Virus record (IMG/VR): IMGVR_UViG_3300037634_004069
Coordinates: 1-64,000 of that record
Origin: a virus
Lineage: Duplodnaviria; Caudoviricetes
Direction: 5' to 3' (one strand)
Length of the DNA: 64,000 bases
Shown here: positions 1 to 7,635 of the stretch, piece after piece
Position numbering within the stretch: position 1 is the stretch's first letter
How the letters are laid out: the number at the start of each line of letters is the position of its first letter
Notes under the pieces: model-generated
What the model was told of the DNA's origin: nothing
Seen by the model: the letters and a program-made list of their open reading frames with translations, nothing else
Databases searched by the model: none
Translations under genes and position numbers: made by a program

Positions 1-57
1 TTTACAAACATGGCTTTATGCTTTTATAGTCGATTAGTTTCTTATTATATTAATGAA

Positions 58-270
58 GTGTGATATACGACACACAACGGAACGTGGTAAAAAGGTGTAT
101 GTGTGACTTGTTAGCCACACACACACGCATAAGGGAATGCTTGCCAAGGTTTGTTTTAGACACTGACTCATATCAGGTACTTGGCGGATAGCATTACAAC
201 CTAGTTAGTTGCACTTGTAAGTGATATTAACACACACAGTAAAAGGTAAGGGACGCTAGTCCCTTTCCTT
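58..270. ncRNA. Candidate structured non-coding RNA (tiled hairpins and a three-way junction)
   Basis: No ORF in the track here. Stems checked by eye: 58-62/71-75; 95-108/113-126; 136-148/180-195 enclosing 149-152/158-161 and 163-166/173-176; 197-200/208-211; 212-215/220-223; ending in the 243-270 hairpin. No family recognised. Confidence 0.3.
243..270. terminator. Intrinsic terminator-like hairpin, possibly bidirectional
   Basis: AAGG-T-AAGGGAC gcta GTCCCTT-T-CCTT. It directly follows the stop of the minus-strand ORF 270..623 and has a T4 tail on the minus strand. Confidence 0.6.
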
Positions 271-623
271 TATAAGTTAAATTTCAGGCCCTTGAGGTCT
301 GACATTTCAACTTCATCGCCGACTTCGAAGACGTCGTCGAAAGATTCTGAACCCTTGAGGAATCCAGTAACGTTTAAAGGTTTGATAACACCTTTAATCT
401 TCCGCTTCTTTGAAGCCTTAAGAAGTACCCAATGTACTTCTTCATTAGATTGTTGGTCGGTATATGTACCGAGTTTACCAACAATTGCAATTTCTTTTGC
501 GGGAGACGTAGTCTCGACCGACTTTTCTTTGTCTTGGGCTTGTCCCATGATAAAAGTGGTTTTAGTTATGGGGTCCTGTTTGAACCCCATTACAAACCGG
601 GGTGGCAAATGGAGTAGGTACAC
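270..623 (-). CDS. Hypothetical protein (start uncertain; ATG at 590 or 548 is also possible)
   Basis: Open frame with protein-like composition, followed immediately by a terminator hairpin. The overlapping plus-strand ORFs look like shadows. Confidence 0.55.
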   Translation of the reverse strand: MYLLHLPPRFVMGFKQDPITKTTFIMGQAQDKEKSVETTSPAKEIAIVGKLGTYTDQQSNEEVHWVLLKASKKRKIKGVIKPLNVTGFLKGSESFDDVFEVGDEVEMSDLKGLKFNL

Positions 624-656
624 GCAAACACATTTTTAGGAGTTGAAAAAAATTTT

Positions 657-689
657 TTTGGGGGTGTAAAATTTTATAACCTATCTTTG
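657..689 (+). promoter_or_regulatory. Bacteroidota sigma-70-type promoter (-33 TTTG / -7 TAnnTTTG)
   Basis: TTTG at 657-660, a 21-nt spacer, then TATCTTTG at 682-689, in an intergenic position at the head of the plus-strand block. Confidence 0.6.
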
Positions 690-1035
690 CACCATGCACC
701 ACATTAAAACATGTGATCACCCACGAGGACCTCAAAAGGGCAGTACTGGGTCAGAAGTTGGATTAATAGAGGCACTTTTTTTCTACATAGCCTTGAAGTT
801 TTCTCCGATAGTGTATAAAAGAGATGGTATAAGTTTAGGTTTGGGGGGTTGTCGATTGACAACACATAGTAATAAGTGTAAGGGGAATTAACCCCACATT
901 GACCCTCCTAGGTATCCGAAAGGAAGCACTGGTCTAATACGAAGTCCTGATTGAAAGAGAAAAGCGTCATGAAAATTGCGCTAAGGGATTTATTATGTAC
1001 TTTTGATAAAGTATTTTTACAAAAAAAATTTTAAA

Positions 1036-1398
1036 ATGGCAACATTAACAGCAACATTAACGCTGGCAAGCACAGATGCTACTTCAGAGCCTTTAGCTTT
1101 GTCTATAACAGACGCCTTAACAATTGAAGCTCCTATTGTAAGTATGTCAAGATTGACTATTACTACTGCAGACAATCAAGAGATTGTAGACGATGCAGTG
1201 AGTGGAGTATTTTACTTCTATGCAAAGAATACAGATGCAACTAACTTTGTAATTCTTCAAACTACAGCTAGTGTACAATATGCTAGACTTGGTCCAGGAG
1301 AGTTTTGTTTCTTTGCAGTAAATGATAGTGTAGGTGTAGAGGCAAGAGCTGATACAGCTAGCTGCGTACTAGAGTATGCATATTGGAAGAAAGCATAA
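1036..1398 (+). CDS. Probable virion structural protein, paralog of 29743..30105
   Basis: ATG at 1036 after TTTTAAA is preferred to the track's TTG at 1003. 120 aa, beta-rich. Its C-terminus (KNTDATNFV...GEFCFF...RADTASCVLEYAYW) matches 29743..30105. Confidence 0.8.
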   Translation: MATLTATLTLASTDATSEPLALSITDALTIEAPIVSMSRLTITTADNQEIVDDAVSGVFYFYAKNTDATNFVILQTTASVQYARLGPGEFCFFAVNDSVGVEARADTASCVLEYAYWKKA

Positions 1399-1417
1399 TT
1401 TTTAAAGCTAGAATAAA

Positions 1418-1723
1418 ATGGCAATTTCAAATCAAGAAAAAAACCAACAGTCAGTAGCATTTAATACATCTAGTATAGTAGCTACAGGTGGATTTAAGAA
1501 TCTTACAGGGACAGGAGCTCATACATCTTTAACAGGGTATTCAGTGGTGGTACAGGAAGATACAGTGTTTACAGTATTCACTGTAGATGGGGTGGTTCAA
1601 CTATCTAACTACGGACTAAGTGGTGTAACAGTTAAAGCGGGAGCATACTTTCCAGTACCTAAAGGATCACAGATTACAGCCATCACTATGAGTAGTGGTA
1701 GTTGTGTAATCTATATGCTGTAG
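1418..1723 (+). CDS. Hypothetical protein, probably virion-associated
   Basis: 101-aa Gly/Thr/Val-rich, beta-type ORF, tightly packed between neighbours with an A-rich start context. Confidence 0.7.
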   Translation: MAISNQEKNQQSVAFNTSSIVATGGFKNLTGTGAHTSLTGYSVVVQEDTVFTVFTVDGVVQLSNYGLSGVTVKAGAYFPVPKGSQITAITMSSGSCVIYML

Positions 1724-1727
1724 TACT

Positions 1728-2516
1728 ATGCCAATATTAGGGAACGGCATAGGGGTATCATTTAGTAAAGGTGGTGGTGGTGGAGGACTCGTTACAGATG
1801 GATTAATTTTAAATCTTGACTCAACGGATACTAATAGCTATCCAGGCAGCGGTACTTCTTGGGACGACCTTACAAGTGAAGGTAATGACTTTACTTTGGT
1901 TAACGGTCCTACCTTTAGCACCGATGACGGAGGGACAATCGTAACCGATGGAGCAAATGATTATATAAAATCGGACGGCAATATTGATGAAGTAAATGCG
2001 GCCAATTCCACGTTTGCATATGTCAAATGTACAGACTTAGATTCCACATTATATAGTGGCAAATATCATACTTGGCTCATAAGTAAAGGTTTTAACAATG
2101 GCGCAGTCAATAGTTTAAGTATGTTCTTTACAGCCACCACATCGCAATGGTCAACAAATGGTTATGTGTCTTTTCGAATTGCGTTAGAAAACGCAAGCTA
2201 TTCAAATGTTGTTGATTGGAGTGGATGGGATGAAGGCACAGTTCCACAGATACACGAAGACACTTGGTACTATGTTGGATTCACAACGGATGGCGGAAGC
2301 GGTGACGATATTGATGTTTTCCTAAATGGAGTTAAAGTAGCTACTGCAACATTATCGGGTGAACGTACACCTTCAAGCAATCAACCAATGGTTTTATCAA
2401 GTGATTCTTGGAGCAGAAATTTCGGAATGCCTGGATCTAATAGAAACTACCATATGTACAGTAAAAAGCTAACCGATGCAGAAGTACTTCAAAACTATAA
2501 CGCGATAAAGATATGA
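1728..2516 (+). CDS. LamG / concanavalin A-like lectin domain protein (tail or receptor-binding associated)
   Basis: GLVTDGLILNLD...SYPGSGTSWDDLT...LVNGPTF, WYYVGFT, VFLNGVKV and YSKKLTDAEVLQNYNA are the typical phage LamG-like signature, after a poly-Gly linker. Confidence 0.75.
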   Translation: MPILGNGIGVSFSKGGGGGGLVTDGLILNLDSTDTNSYPGSGTSWDDLTSEGNDFTLVNGPTFSTDDGGTIVTDGANDYIKSDGNIDEVNAANSTFAYVKCTDLDSTLYSGKYHTWLISKGFNNGAVNSLSMFFTATTSQWSTNGYVSFRIALENASYSNVVDWSGWDEGTVPQIHEDTWYYVGFTTDGGSGDDIDVFLNGVKVATATLSGERTPSSNQPMVLSSDSWSRNFGMPGSNRNYHMYSKKLTDAEVLQNYNAIKI

Positions 2517-2770
2517 CGGGCGAATTTGACAAATTAAGATATATGGTTACACTCGTTTCAGAAGTTGACCAAGTAGACTTCCGACAAGTGTTTGAGACCG
2601 CACCCGACACGCTTAGAGTATCAGTAGATGGAGTTTATACCTTCTTTAAGTGGGAAGGCTCTATACCTTCAAGTATAGAAGCGTTAACTTACAAGGAGGG
2701 AGAGTTCACGCATAGTGAAATGCTTGAGTATTTAAACAGTCCTAAATGGATATCTAATCCTGATCCATGA
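2513..2770 (+). CDS. Conserved small phage protein typically adjacent to LamG genes
   Basis: ATGA overlap with the LamG stop. The pattern VDFRQVFETAPDTLRVSVDG..TFFKWEG..P...EW resembles small proteins I recall next to LamG genes in aquatic phages. Confidence 0.65.
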   Translation: MTGEFDKLRYMVTLVSEVDQVDFRQVFETAPDTLRVSVDGVYTFFKWEGSIPSSIEALTYKEGEFTHSEMLEYLNSPKWISNPDP

Positions 2771-2961
2771 GCCTACTAAGAGACGCAAACAACAACTTGA
2801 GTAGTAAGAGGATAGCAGGATATGCTGTCCTATCGGTTGTTTTATTTGCATTTGTAGGCGATCTGTTTGAAAAAATGGAAATAAACGAAAGCGTGGCTAA
2901 CACGTTAATTATGTCTGCCGCCACCTTATTAGGTATTGGCACATTTGAAAAGAAGCACTAA
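2767..2961 (+). CDS. Small two-TM membrane protein, holin-like
   Basis: 64 aa with an SSKR motif, two hydrophobic segments and a charged C-terminus (FEKKH). Lies upstream of the amidase. Confidence 0.5.
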   Translation: MSLLRDANNNLSSKRIAGYAVLSVVLFAFVGDLFEKMEINESVANTLIMSAATLLGIGTFEKKH

Positions 2962-3185
2962 TGGAAAAGCTATTCAGTCTTCTATTTGTACCCCAAACTA
3001 AGAACGAGATATTACTATACATGGTTGATGCATTTGGATTAATATTATCTGCTTTTTGGTTAACTGGAGTGAAGGAGACTTTAAACATTTACTTACTTAT
3101 AGTAACAGCAATCTCAATAACTGTTACGTTAGGAGTTAAGATTTACAATTTGTTTAACTCTAATGACGAGAACAAAAAGATATAA
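2961..3185 (+). CDS. Small membrane protein (holin/antiholin candidate)
   Basis: 74 aa with two hydrophobic stretches, in the lysis cassette, with a TAATG overlap. Confidence 0.55.
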   Translation: MEKLFSLLFVPQTKNEILLYMVDAFGLILSAFWLTGVKETLNIYLLIVTAISITVTLGVKIYNLFNSNDENKKI

Positions 3186-3367
3186 TGCCAGATAATGACA
3201 TACTTAAAGCTAAGACGTTAAGTAATGGTCAGATACTTGCATTGGTTTTCTTTGCTATCTCAGCTACGTTTACAGTGACAAAAATTATTATCGATATAGA
3301 AGACATAAAGGAAAGGGTGGAGTATGTAAATGATAGGATTGATAGGAAAATCAAAAACATCAAATAA
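3185..3367 (+). CDS. Single-TM protein with coiled-coil tail (lysis cassette)
   Basis: ILALVFFAISATFTV hydrophobic helix followed by a charged heptad-like region; TAATG overlap. Confidence 0.55.
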   Translation: MPDNDILKAKTLSNGQILALVFFAISATFTVTKIIIDIEDIKERVEYVNDRIDRKIKNIK

Positions 3368-3432
3368 TACTAAATGCGATAATAAATGTTTGAAGACAAG
3401 AGTCTGTTCAAGAAAGGGAAGTACAAATAAAA

Positions 3433-3843
3433 ATGAGAAATATAAATAAGATTATAGTGCACTGTAGTGCTACACCTGAAGGTAGGGATGTATCTATTGA
3501 CACTATTAGGAAGTGGCACGTTGAAGATAACGGTTGGAGTGATATAGGTTATCATTGGATTATACCTTTAAGTGGATCTATAGAAAAAGGTAGACCTGAA
3601 GCAAGATCCGGGGCACATGCAAAAGGATTTAATAAAAACTCTGTAGGTGTGTGTTACGTAGGAGGTGTAGATGAAAATCTAGAACCTAAAGACACTAGGA
3701 CTGAAGGCCAGAAAGAAACTCTTAAGTGTTTATTAGAGGATTTAAAAGATAGATATCCTAATGCTGAGATTATAGGTCACAGAGATGTAAGCTCTAAAGC
3801 CTGTCCATCGTTTGATGCAAAAGTAGAATACAAAAACATATGA
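3433..3843 (+). CDS. N-acetylmuramoyl-L-alanine amidase endolysin (Amidase_2, T7 lysozyme-like)
   Basis: IIVHCSAT, GWSDIGYHW, GAHAKG.N..SVGVCYVGG, GHRDV and KACPSF give the Zn-binding His/His/Cys set. Confidence 0.92.
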   Translation: MRNINKIIVHCSATPEGRDVSIDTIRKWHVEDNGWSDIGYHWIIPLSGSIEKGRPEARSGAHAKGFNKNSVGVCYVGGVDENLEPKDTRTEGQKETLKCLLEDLKDRYPNAEIIGHRDVSSKACPSFDAKVEYKNI

Positions 3844-4040
3844 AAGATATTGAAATAAAAGTATTTTATCTTTTAACCTTCGTATTTTTAATACTTACAG
3901 TGGTATTAGGAATAAAAGTAGAAGCACTTAAAAATGATTTGGATGTTCAGCGATATAACGAAACACCTACTGAAAACATACCTACCGTATCTGATAGCCT
4001 TTGTAATGGGGCTTGTTGTTGCGTGGAAAGGTTGCGGTGA
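3840..4040 (+). CDS. N-terminal TM protein, possible i-spanin-like
   Basis: ATGA overlap with the amidase stop and an N-terminal TM helix. Overlaps 3934..4554 in another frame. Confidence 0.4.
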   Translation: MKDIEIKVFYLLTFVFLILTVVLGIKVEALKNDLDVQRYNETPTENIPTVSDSLCNGACCCVERLR

Positions 4041-4554
4041 TTCAAATGGGAAGGATCCCATTACCACTATCATAGAAAAACCGGTACCTGTCATAGAGTA
4101 TGTAGATAGATGGAAGACTGATACAGTTCGATTTGTATCAAGAGAGGTAATTACAGTTAGAGATACAATTACATCAGAGCTTATAGTTAACCGTTTAGAT
4201 ACACTTTTCCTAGTAGACACGGTTAAGATTGTAGAAGCGTGGCTTACAGAAATAGCTAAGTATGACACAACGATAGATCAAGAGAATGCTAGTATTTCTT
4301 TGAACTGGCAAAACTATCAGAACAGATCCGAAAACTTAATGGTGACGTACACCCCTAAAAAGGTCCCTTTAAATTGGGCGTTAGGGGTTCATGGCATTAT
4401 AGGATTACAAAGTGATTTTAAACAGTCCTATAAACCACTCTTTGGTGTAGGTTTACACAGTTCAATCAAAAAGACTTATATTAGTGCTGGGTACGGATAT
4501 AATGGAGAACATTTCATATCTGTAGGAGTAGGACGCGACTTAATTACTAGATGA
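3934..4554 (+). CDS. Membrane/lipoprotein-like lysis accessory protein (spanin-like)
   Basis: Hydrophobic segment ending in WKGC, a DT-rich linker (KTDTVRF, VRDTIT, RLDTLF) and C-terminal amphipathic beta-strands. Position after the endolysin fits. Confidence 0.55.
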   Translation: MIWMFSDITKHLLKTYLPYLIAFVMGLVVAWKGCGDSNGKDPITTIIEKPVPVIEYVDRWKTDTVRFVSREVITVRDTITSELIVNRLDTLFLVDTVKIVEAWLTEIAKYDTTIDQENASISLNWQNYQNRSENLMVTYTPKKVPLNWALGVHGIIGLQSDFKQSYKPLFGVGLHSSIKKTYISAGYGYNGEHFISVGVGRDLITR

Positions 4555-4760
4555 CATATTACTATTACACTGAAGAAGATATCAGAAAAGAAATTGATAT
4601 CCTATTAGAAAAAAATGCAGCTATTCAATGCAATCTTGGAACAGAAAGTACAGATGCAGAGAGAAAAGAAGCCGACGATAAGTGGAGGGTTATAGCGGCA
4701 AAAATAAAAACCCTGGACATAAAGTTCTACAGGGAAAGGATAATGCCACAAGACAAATAG
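4551..4760 (+). CDS. Hypothetical protein
   Basis: 69-aa helical, charged ORF overlapping the previous stop by 4 nt. Confidence 0.55.
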   Translation: MTYYYYTEEDIRKEIDILLEKNAAIQCNLGTESTDAERKEADDKWRVIAAKIKTLDIKFYRERIMPQDK

Positions 4761-4783
4761 AATTATTTAGATAGGCGTTTAGT

Positions 4784-5638
4784 TTATTTTTCATGTTTAT
4801 ACTTTGCCATCTCCGCTTTCCAATCATCTTCTAACTTGGTCATATAGACTTTATTACTAACTGTATAGTATCTCTTACAAGGAGGGCAGTTTAAAACGTG
4901 CTTTACCATGCCGGCCTTAGTAATTTTTTTCTTATTGTGGTAAACTTTTTCAGATCCGCATACAGGACAAGAGTATCTACCATGACCTTCAAAAGCACCT
5001 ACATGATGATTGTGATCGATGTAAGGTAAAAGTTCTTGGAAAACCTCTTCTAGTTTTATTACATCTAGTTCACAGTATTTTACCATCTTATCTATAGCCT
5101 TATTATAACTGTCTGGTAATTCTACTTCAAACCCAAAGAACTTAGGTATAAGAGGCTTGCAGATATAATCCCAATCAGCATACTCCATCTTATCTTTTCC
5201 AGAACCTGTTAATCTTTTAGCTATGTGTTCAAGAGTGTTACTATCCATTTTAAAATGCCGCCTAGCTTTCTTTAATGTATCCAGGCTAGGAAACTTAGGG
5301 GGGCAAGGTATCTTATGAAAGAGTGCACGAGTCCTAATAATCTTTTCATCAAAGTTATCTCCATTGTGACCAATGATCTCATCAGCCTGGATAGCTACAT
5401 CAATAAACTTTTTAACTAGATCTTTATCATCTCCCTCCTTCCAAACAAAAGTGTTTATACCTTTCTGCCCTTCCCACTTGTAGCTAATGCAGATAATAGC
5501 AGATTCTATAAATACATCTGTGTGACGAATTACAGCTTTAAAAGAAGGCCTCCAAAACTTACCAACTTCGTAGCTGGTTTCGATGTCATAGAATAGCCTT
5601 TTGAACCCCGACGGGGGAGTAAGGAATTTAAGCTCCAT
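4784..5638 (-). CDS. DEDD-family (RNase H-like, YprB-type) 3'-5' exonuclease with C-terminal zinc ribbon
   Basis: FYDIETS (ExoI), IGHNGDNFD (ExoII), YCELDV (ExoIII), plus CPVC...CPPC. Confidence 0.8.
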   Translation of the reverse strand: MELKFLTPPSGFKRLFYDIETSYEVGKFWRPSFKAVIRHTDVFIESAIICISYKWEGQKGINTFVWKEGDDKDLVKKFIDVAIQADEIIGHNGDNFDEKIIRTRALFHKIPCPPKFPSLDTLKKARRHFKMDSNTLEHIAKRLTGSGKDKMEYADWDYICKPLIPKFFGFEVELPDSYNKAIDKMVKYCELDVIKLEEVFQELLPYIDHNHHVGAFEGHGRYSCPVCGSEKVYHNKKKITKAGMVKHVLNCPPCKRYYTVSNKVYMTKLEDDWKAEMAKYKHEK

Positions 5639-5661
5639 TGATTATACTCATAAGGATTAAT

Positions 5662-5669
5662 CAAAACTA
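5662..5669 (-). promoter_or_regulatory. Possible -7 box (TAGTTTTG) for the antisense exonuclease
   Basis: CAAAACTA on the plus strand, about 24 nt upstream of the minus-strand ATG at 5638. No -33 box seen. Confidence 0.3.
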
Positions 5670-5731
5670 CTGATTTTCAATGAATTATAAAAATTTTTTT
5701 AATACAGCAAATTATTATCATATCAATTATT

Positions 5732-5739
5732 TATATTTG
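5732..5739 (+). promoter_or_regulatory. Bacteroidota -7 promoter box (TATATTTG) for the packaging operon
   Basis: TAnnTTTG followed by CA, 32 nt upstream of the ATG at 5771 in an AT-rich divergent intergenic region. Confidence 0.5.
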
Positions 5740-5770
5740 CACTATAACTATTAAATATAAACTTGTTATA

Positions 5771-6064
5771 ATGAAAGCAACGGGAACATGGGTTGTACTA
5801 GAAGACCCTAGAGAAAAACTACCAGAAAGCAAAATTGAACTCTTAGACGGAACAAAAGATGCTATGAGGCAAGATGCAGATAATATAGAGAGTAACATAC
5901 TAACTATAGTAAGCGTAGGGGAAAGAGTGTTAGATTCTAAGATTGTAGAAGGAAAAAAAGCACTTTTAGATCCAAGAATGCCAGTAGCTATTTTAGCTAT
6001 AGACGATTTGGAAGAAGAATTTGTGTTAGTTGCGCAAGAAAATCAAATAATGGGAGTGCTGTGA
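5771..6064 (+). CDS. GroES-like co-chaperonin
   Basis: 97 aa. MKATGTWVVLE..., IVSVGERV, VEGKKALL and VLVAQENQIMGVL follow the GroES pattern (xPLxDRVLV / VVAVG / LxxExDILAV). Confidence 0.6.
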   Translation: MKATGTWVVLEDPREKLPESKIELLDGTKDAMRQDADNIESNILTIVSVGERVLDSKIVEGKKALLDPRMPVAILAIDDLEEEFVLVAQENQIMGVL

Positions 6065-6300
6065 CCGGGACAGTTACAATATCTTTAGAAGACTTTGAGT
6101 CTTTAAAAAAAGCAGATGATAAGCTAAAAGAGTACATACCAGCTTTAAAATCTGTAGAAGATGATATCTACACTATATTAGATACTGTAAATAGAATCTC
6201 AGATATAGATAAGGTTTCAGCGGCTTACAATAATCTTGATAGGTCAACAATTATAACTTTAAAACCTGAAGGATGGCGCTTAATGAAAAGGAAATTATAA
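6061..6300 (+). CDS. Hypothetical protein
   Basis: GTGA overlap with the upstream stop; N-terminus TVTISLEDFESLKK is coiled-coil-like. Confidence 0.6.
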   Translation: MTGTVTISLEDFESLKKADDKLKEYIPALKSVEDDIYTILDTVNRISDIDKVSAAYNNLDRSTIITLKPEGWRLMKRKL

Positions 6301-6593
6301 AAGTAAAGTTTAAAAAAACATCAGATCGACTTAGATTTTGGAATGGACCTGTAGGATTATCTCCAAAGGAGATTCTTACTTTAGGAGCTTTAATAGATGC
6401 AAAAGGAGATCTATGCGGCACTCTTAACAGAAGAGAAGCTGCTGCATCAATTGGAATGTCTAAAGAAGTAATAAATACCTACATTAAAAGGTTAAAAACA
6501 AAAAAGGCAATTCTATACGTAAATGGGGTTTACAAACTATCTAAAATCTTTGAAGAAAGACCACGTGTGGAAGTCGTTATGCATGTCGGATAA
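6273..6593 (+). CDS. Winged helix-turn-helix DNA-binding protein
   Basis: LSPKEILTLGAL...REAAASIGMSKEVINTYIKRLKTKKAIL...GVYKL. Confidence 0.6.
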   Translation: MALNEKEIIKVKFKKTSDRLRFWNGPVGLSPKEILTLGALIDAKGDLCGTLNRREAAASIGMSKEVINTYIKRLKTKKAILYVNGVYKLSKIFEERPRVEVVMHVG

Positions 6594-6711
6594 TAAAACG
6601 ATGATCAATCAATTATTTTGGGCTGCAAATAGCGATGTATTTATACTGGTAGTATATTCTACAAAAGGAAATTTATTACATGTTGAAATAAATGAAGAAA
6701 GAGTTAGGTAA
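6583..6711 (+). CDS. Small hypothetical protein (42 aa)
   Basis: Internal ATG of the track ORF 6523..6711; it fills the gap between the HTH and Zn-finger genes. Confidence 0.3.
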   Translation: MSDNKTMINQLFWAANSDVFILVVYSTKGNLLHVEINEERVR

Positions 6712-6940
6712 ATTAGTTTGGCAGTTTGCTACAGAACTTACTACACACGTTAAAGGTGGTATGAAAACTGTAGACCCTGCCACTTTTAAAAAAAGACTTT
6801 CAACTTGCATGGAATGCGATAAGTATTTAGACGGACTATGTACATTATGCGGGTGTAATATGAAAGTAAAAACAAAATGGAAAACATCTAGGTGTGCTAT
6901 GAACCCTCCTAAATGGGAAAGAGAGGATGACGGAAGCTGA
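6692..6940 (+). CDS. Cys-rich zinc-binding small protein (DUF6171-like)
   Basis: RLSTCMEC....GLCTLCGC...VKTKWKTSRC...KW. Confidence 0.6.
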   Translation: MKKELGKLVWQFATELTTHVKGGMKTVDPATFKKRLSTCMECDKYLDGLCTLCGCNMKVKTKWKTSRCAMNPPKWEREDDGS

Positions 6941-7154
6941 TAAGATTATACACTTACTTGCAACAAAACACGGATTACCTTTAAAGGAGGTTAAAAAAAT
7001 TATAAAATCTCAATTTAAATGTGTATCTCAAACTATGGCAGAAGGAAAATTTGAATCTGTAAGACTGCCAAAGTTTGGTATATTCCGTGTAAAGCCAGGC
7101 AGGTTAAAACACATTAATAATGCTAAGAGAAAGTCTACTGGAACTAAATCATGA
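6927..7154 (+). CDS. HU/IHF-like DNA-binding protein
   Basis: Basic 75 aa with VRLPKFGIFRVK, the HU/IHF signature (V.L..FG.F). An IHF-like gene before terminase is typical crAss-like synteny. Confidence 0.75.
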   Translation: MTEADKIIHLLATKHGLPLKEVKKIIKSQFKCVSQTMAEGKFESVRLPKFGIFRVKPGRLKHINNAKRKSTGTKS

Positions 7155-7635
7155 ATTAAATATAGTTCCATCCTCTTATACAATGTCTATTGATGCTTTT
7201 AAAAAGCTTGTAGACAGATACGGTTCAGAAGAATCGAATAAAATCCTTGGATACATATACTTTATGAAAGATCCAAGGTCTTCTTACTCTGCATACGAAG
7301 AGAAAAAGAGGCACGAAGAAGTATGTACATCTGTGTTTGGAAAACCATTTAAACCATGCAAGCTTACTAAAGCTGCAATGGAAGAGTATGTAAAAACAAG
7401 TTCTGCAGCAATGCTACTATTAGAGTCTGCAAAAGAAAGTATTAAAACTCTTAAAAAATGGCTTGAAATGGTAGACCCTGAAGATGATGACTATGATCCA
7501 GCAAAACATATGCGGGTTTTAGGAGACATGGGTAAGACTATAAACGGCCTTAAAGATTTAGAGGAGGCAGTTAAAAAAGAGTCCGAGGTCAATGATACTT
7601 TCGGAGGGGTGGTAGTAAGCAAGTACAATGAATAA
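7120..7635 (+). CDS. Conserved crAss-like protein upstream of terminase (possible small terminase subunit)
   Basis: YIYFMKDPRSSY motif and a coiled-coil C-terminus; overlaps the TerL start. Confidence 0.6.
   Translation: MLRESLLELNHELNIVPSSYTMSIDAFKKLVDRYGSEESNKILGYIYFMKDPRSSYSAYEEKKRHEEVCTSVFGKPFKPCKLTKAAMEEYVKTSSAAMLLLESAKESIKTLKKWLEMVDPEDDDYDPAKHMRVLGDMGKTINGLKDLEEAVKKESEVNDTFGGVVVSKYNE

Noticed and set aside
160-180. Hammerhead core on the minus strand (CTGATATGA)
   Set aside because: The core has an extra insertion, CTGA is itself paired in a hairpin, and no GAAA follows stem II.
292-639. Plus-strand ORFs 292..639 and 432..617
   Set aside because: Ser/Phe-rich shadow translations of the minus-strand gene, which has the terminator.
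694-891. 65-aa ORF starting right after the promoter
   Set aside because: Composition is not protein-like and it overlaps several hairpins. Treated as leader/ncRNA, though a leaderless peptide cannot be excluded.
898-960. HDV-like (theta) or hammerhead ribozyme around ACC-CTCCTA-GGT and CTGATTGA
   Set aside because: No P1 partner strand is available for an HDV fold, and the CUGANGA/GAAA core is not arranged correctly for a hammerhead.
3386-3430. 14-codon ORF MFEDKSLFKKGKYK with a hairpin (3390-3411) before the amidase
   Set aside because: Too short to support without Ribo-seq, and may be chance in A-rich DNA.
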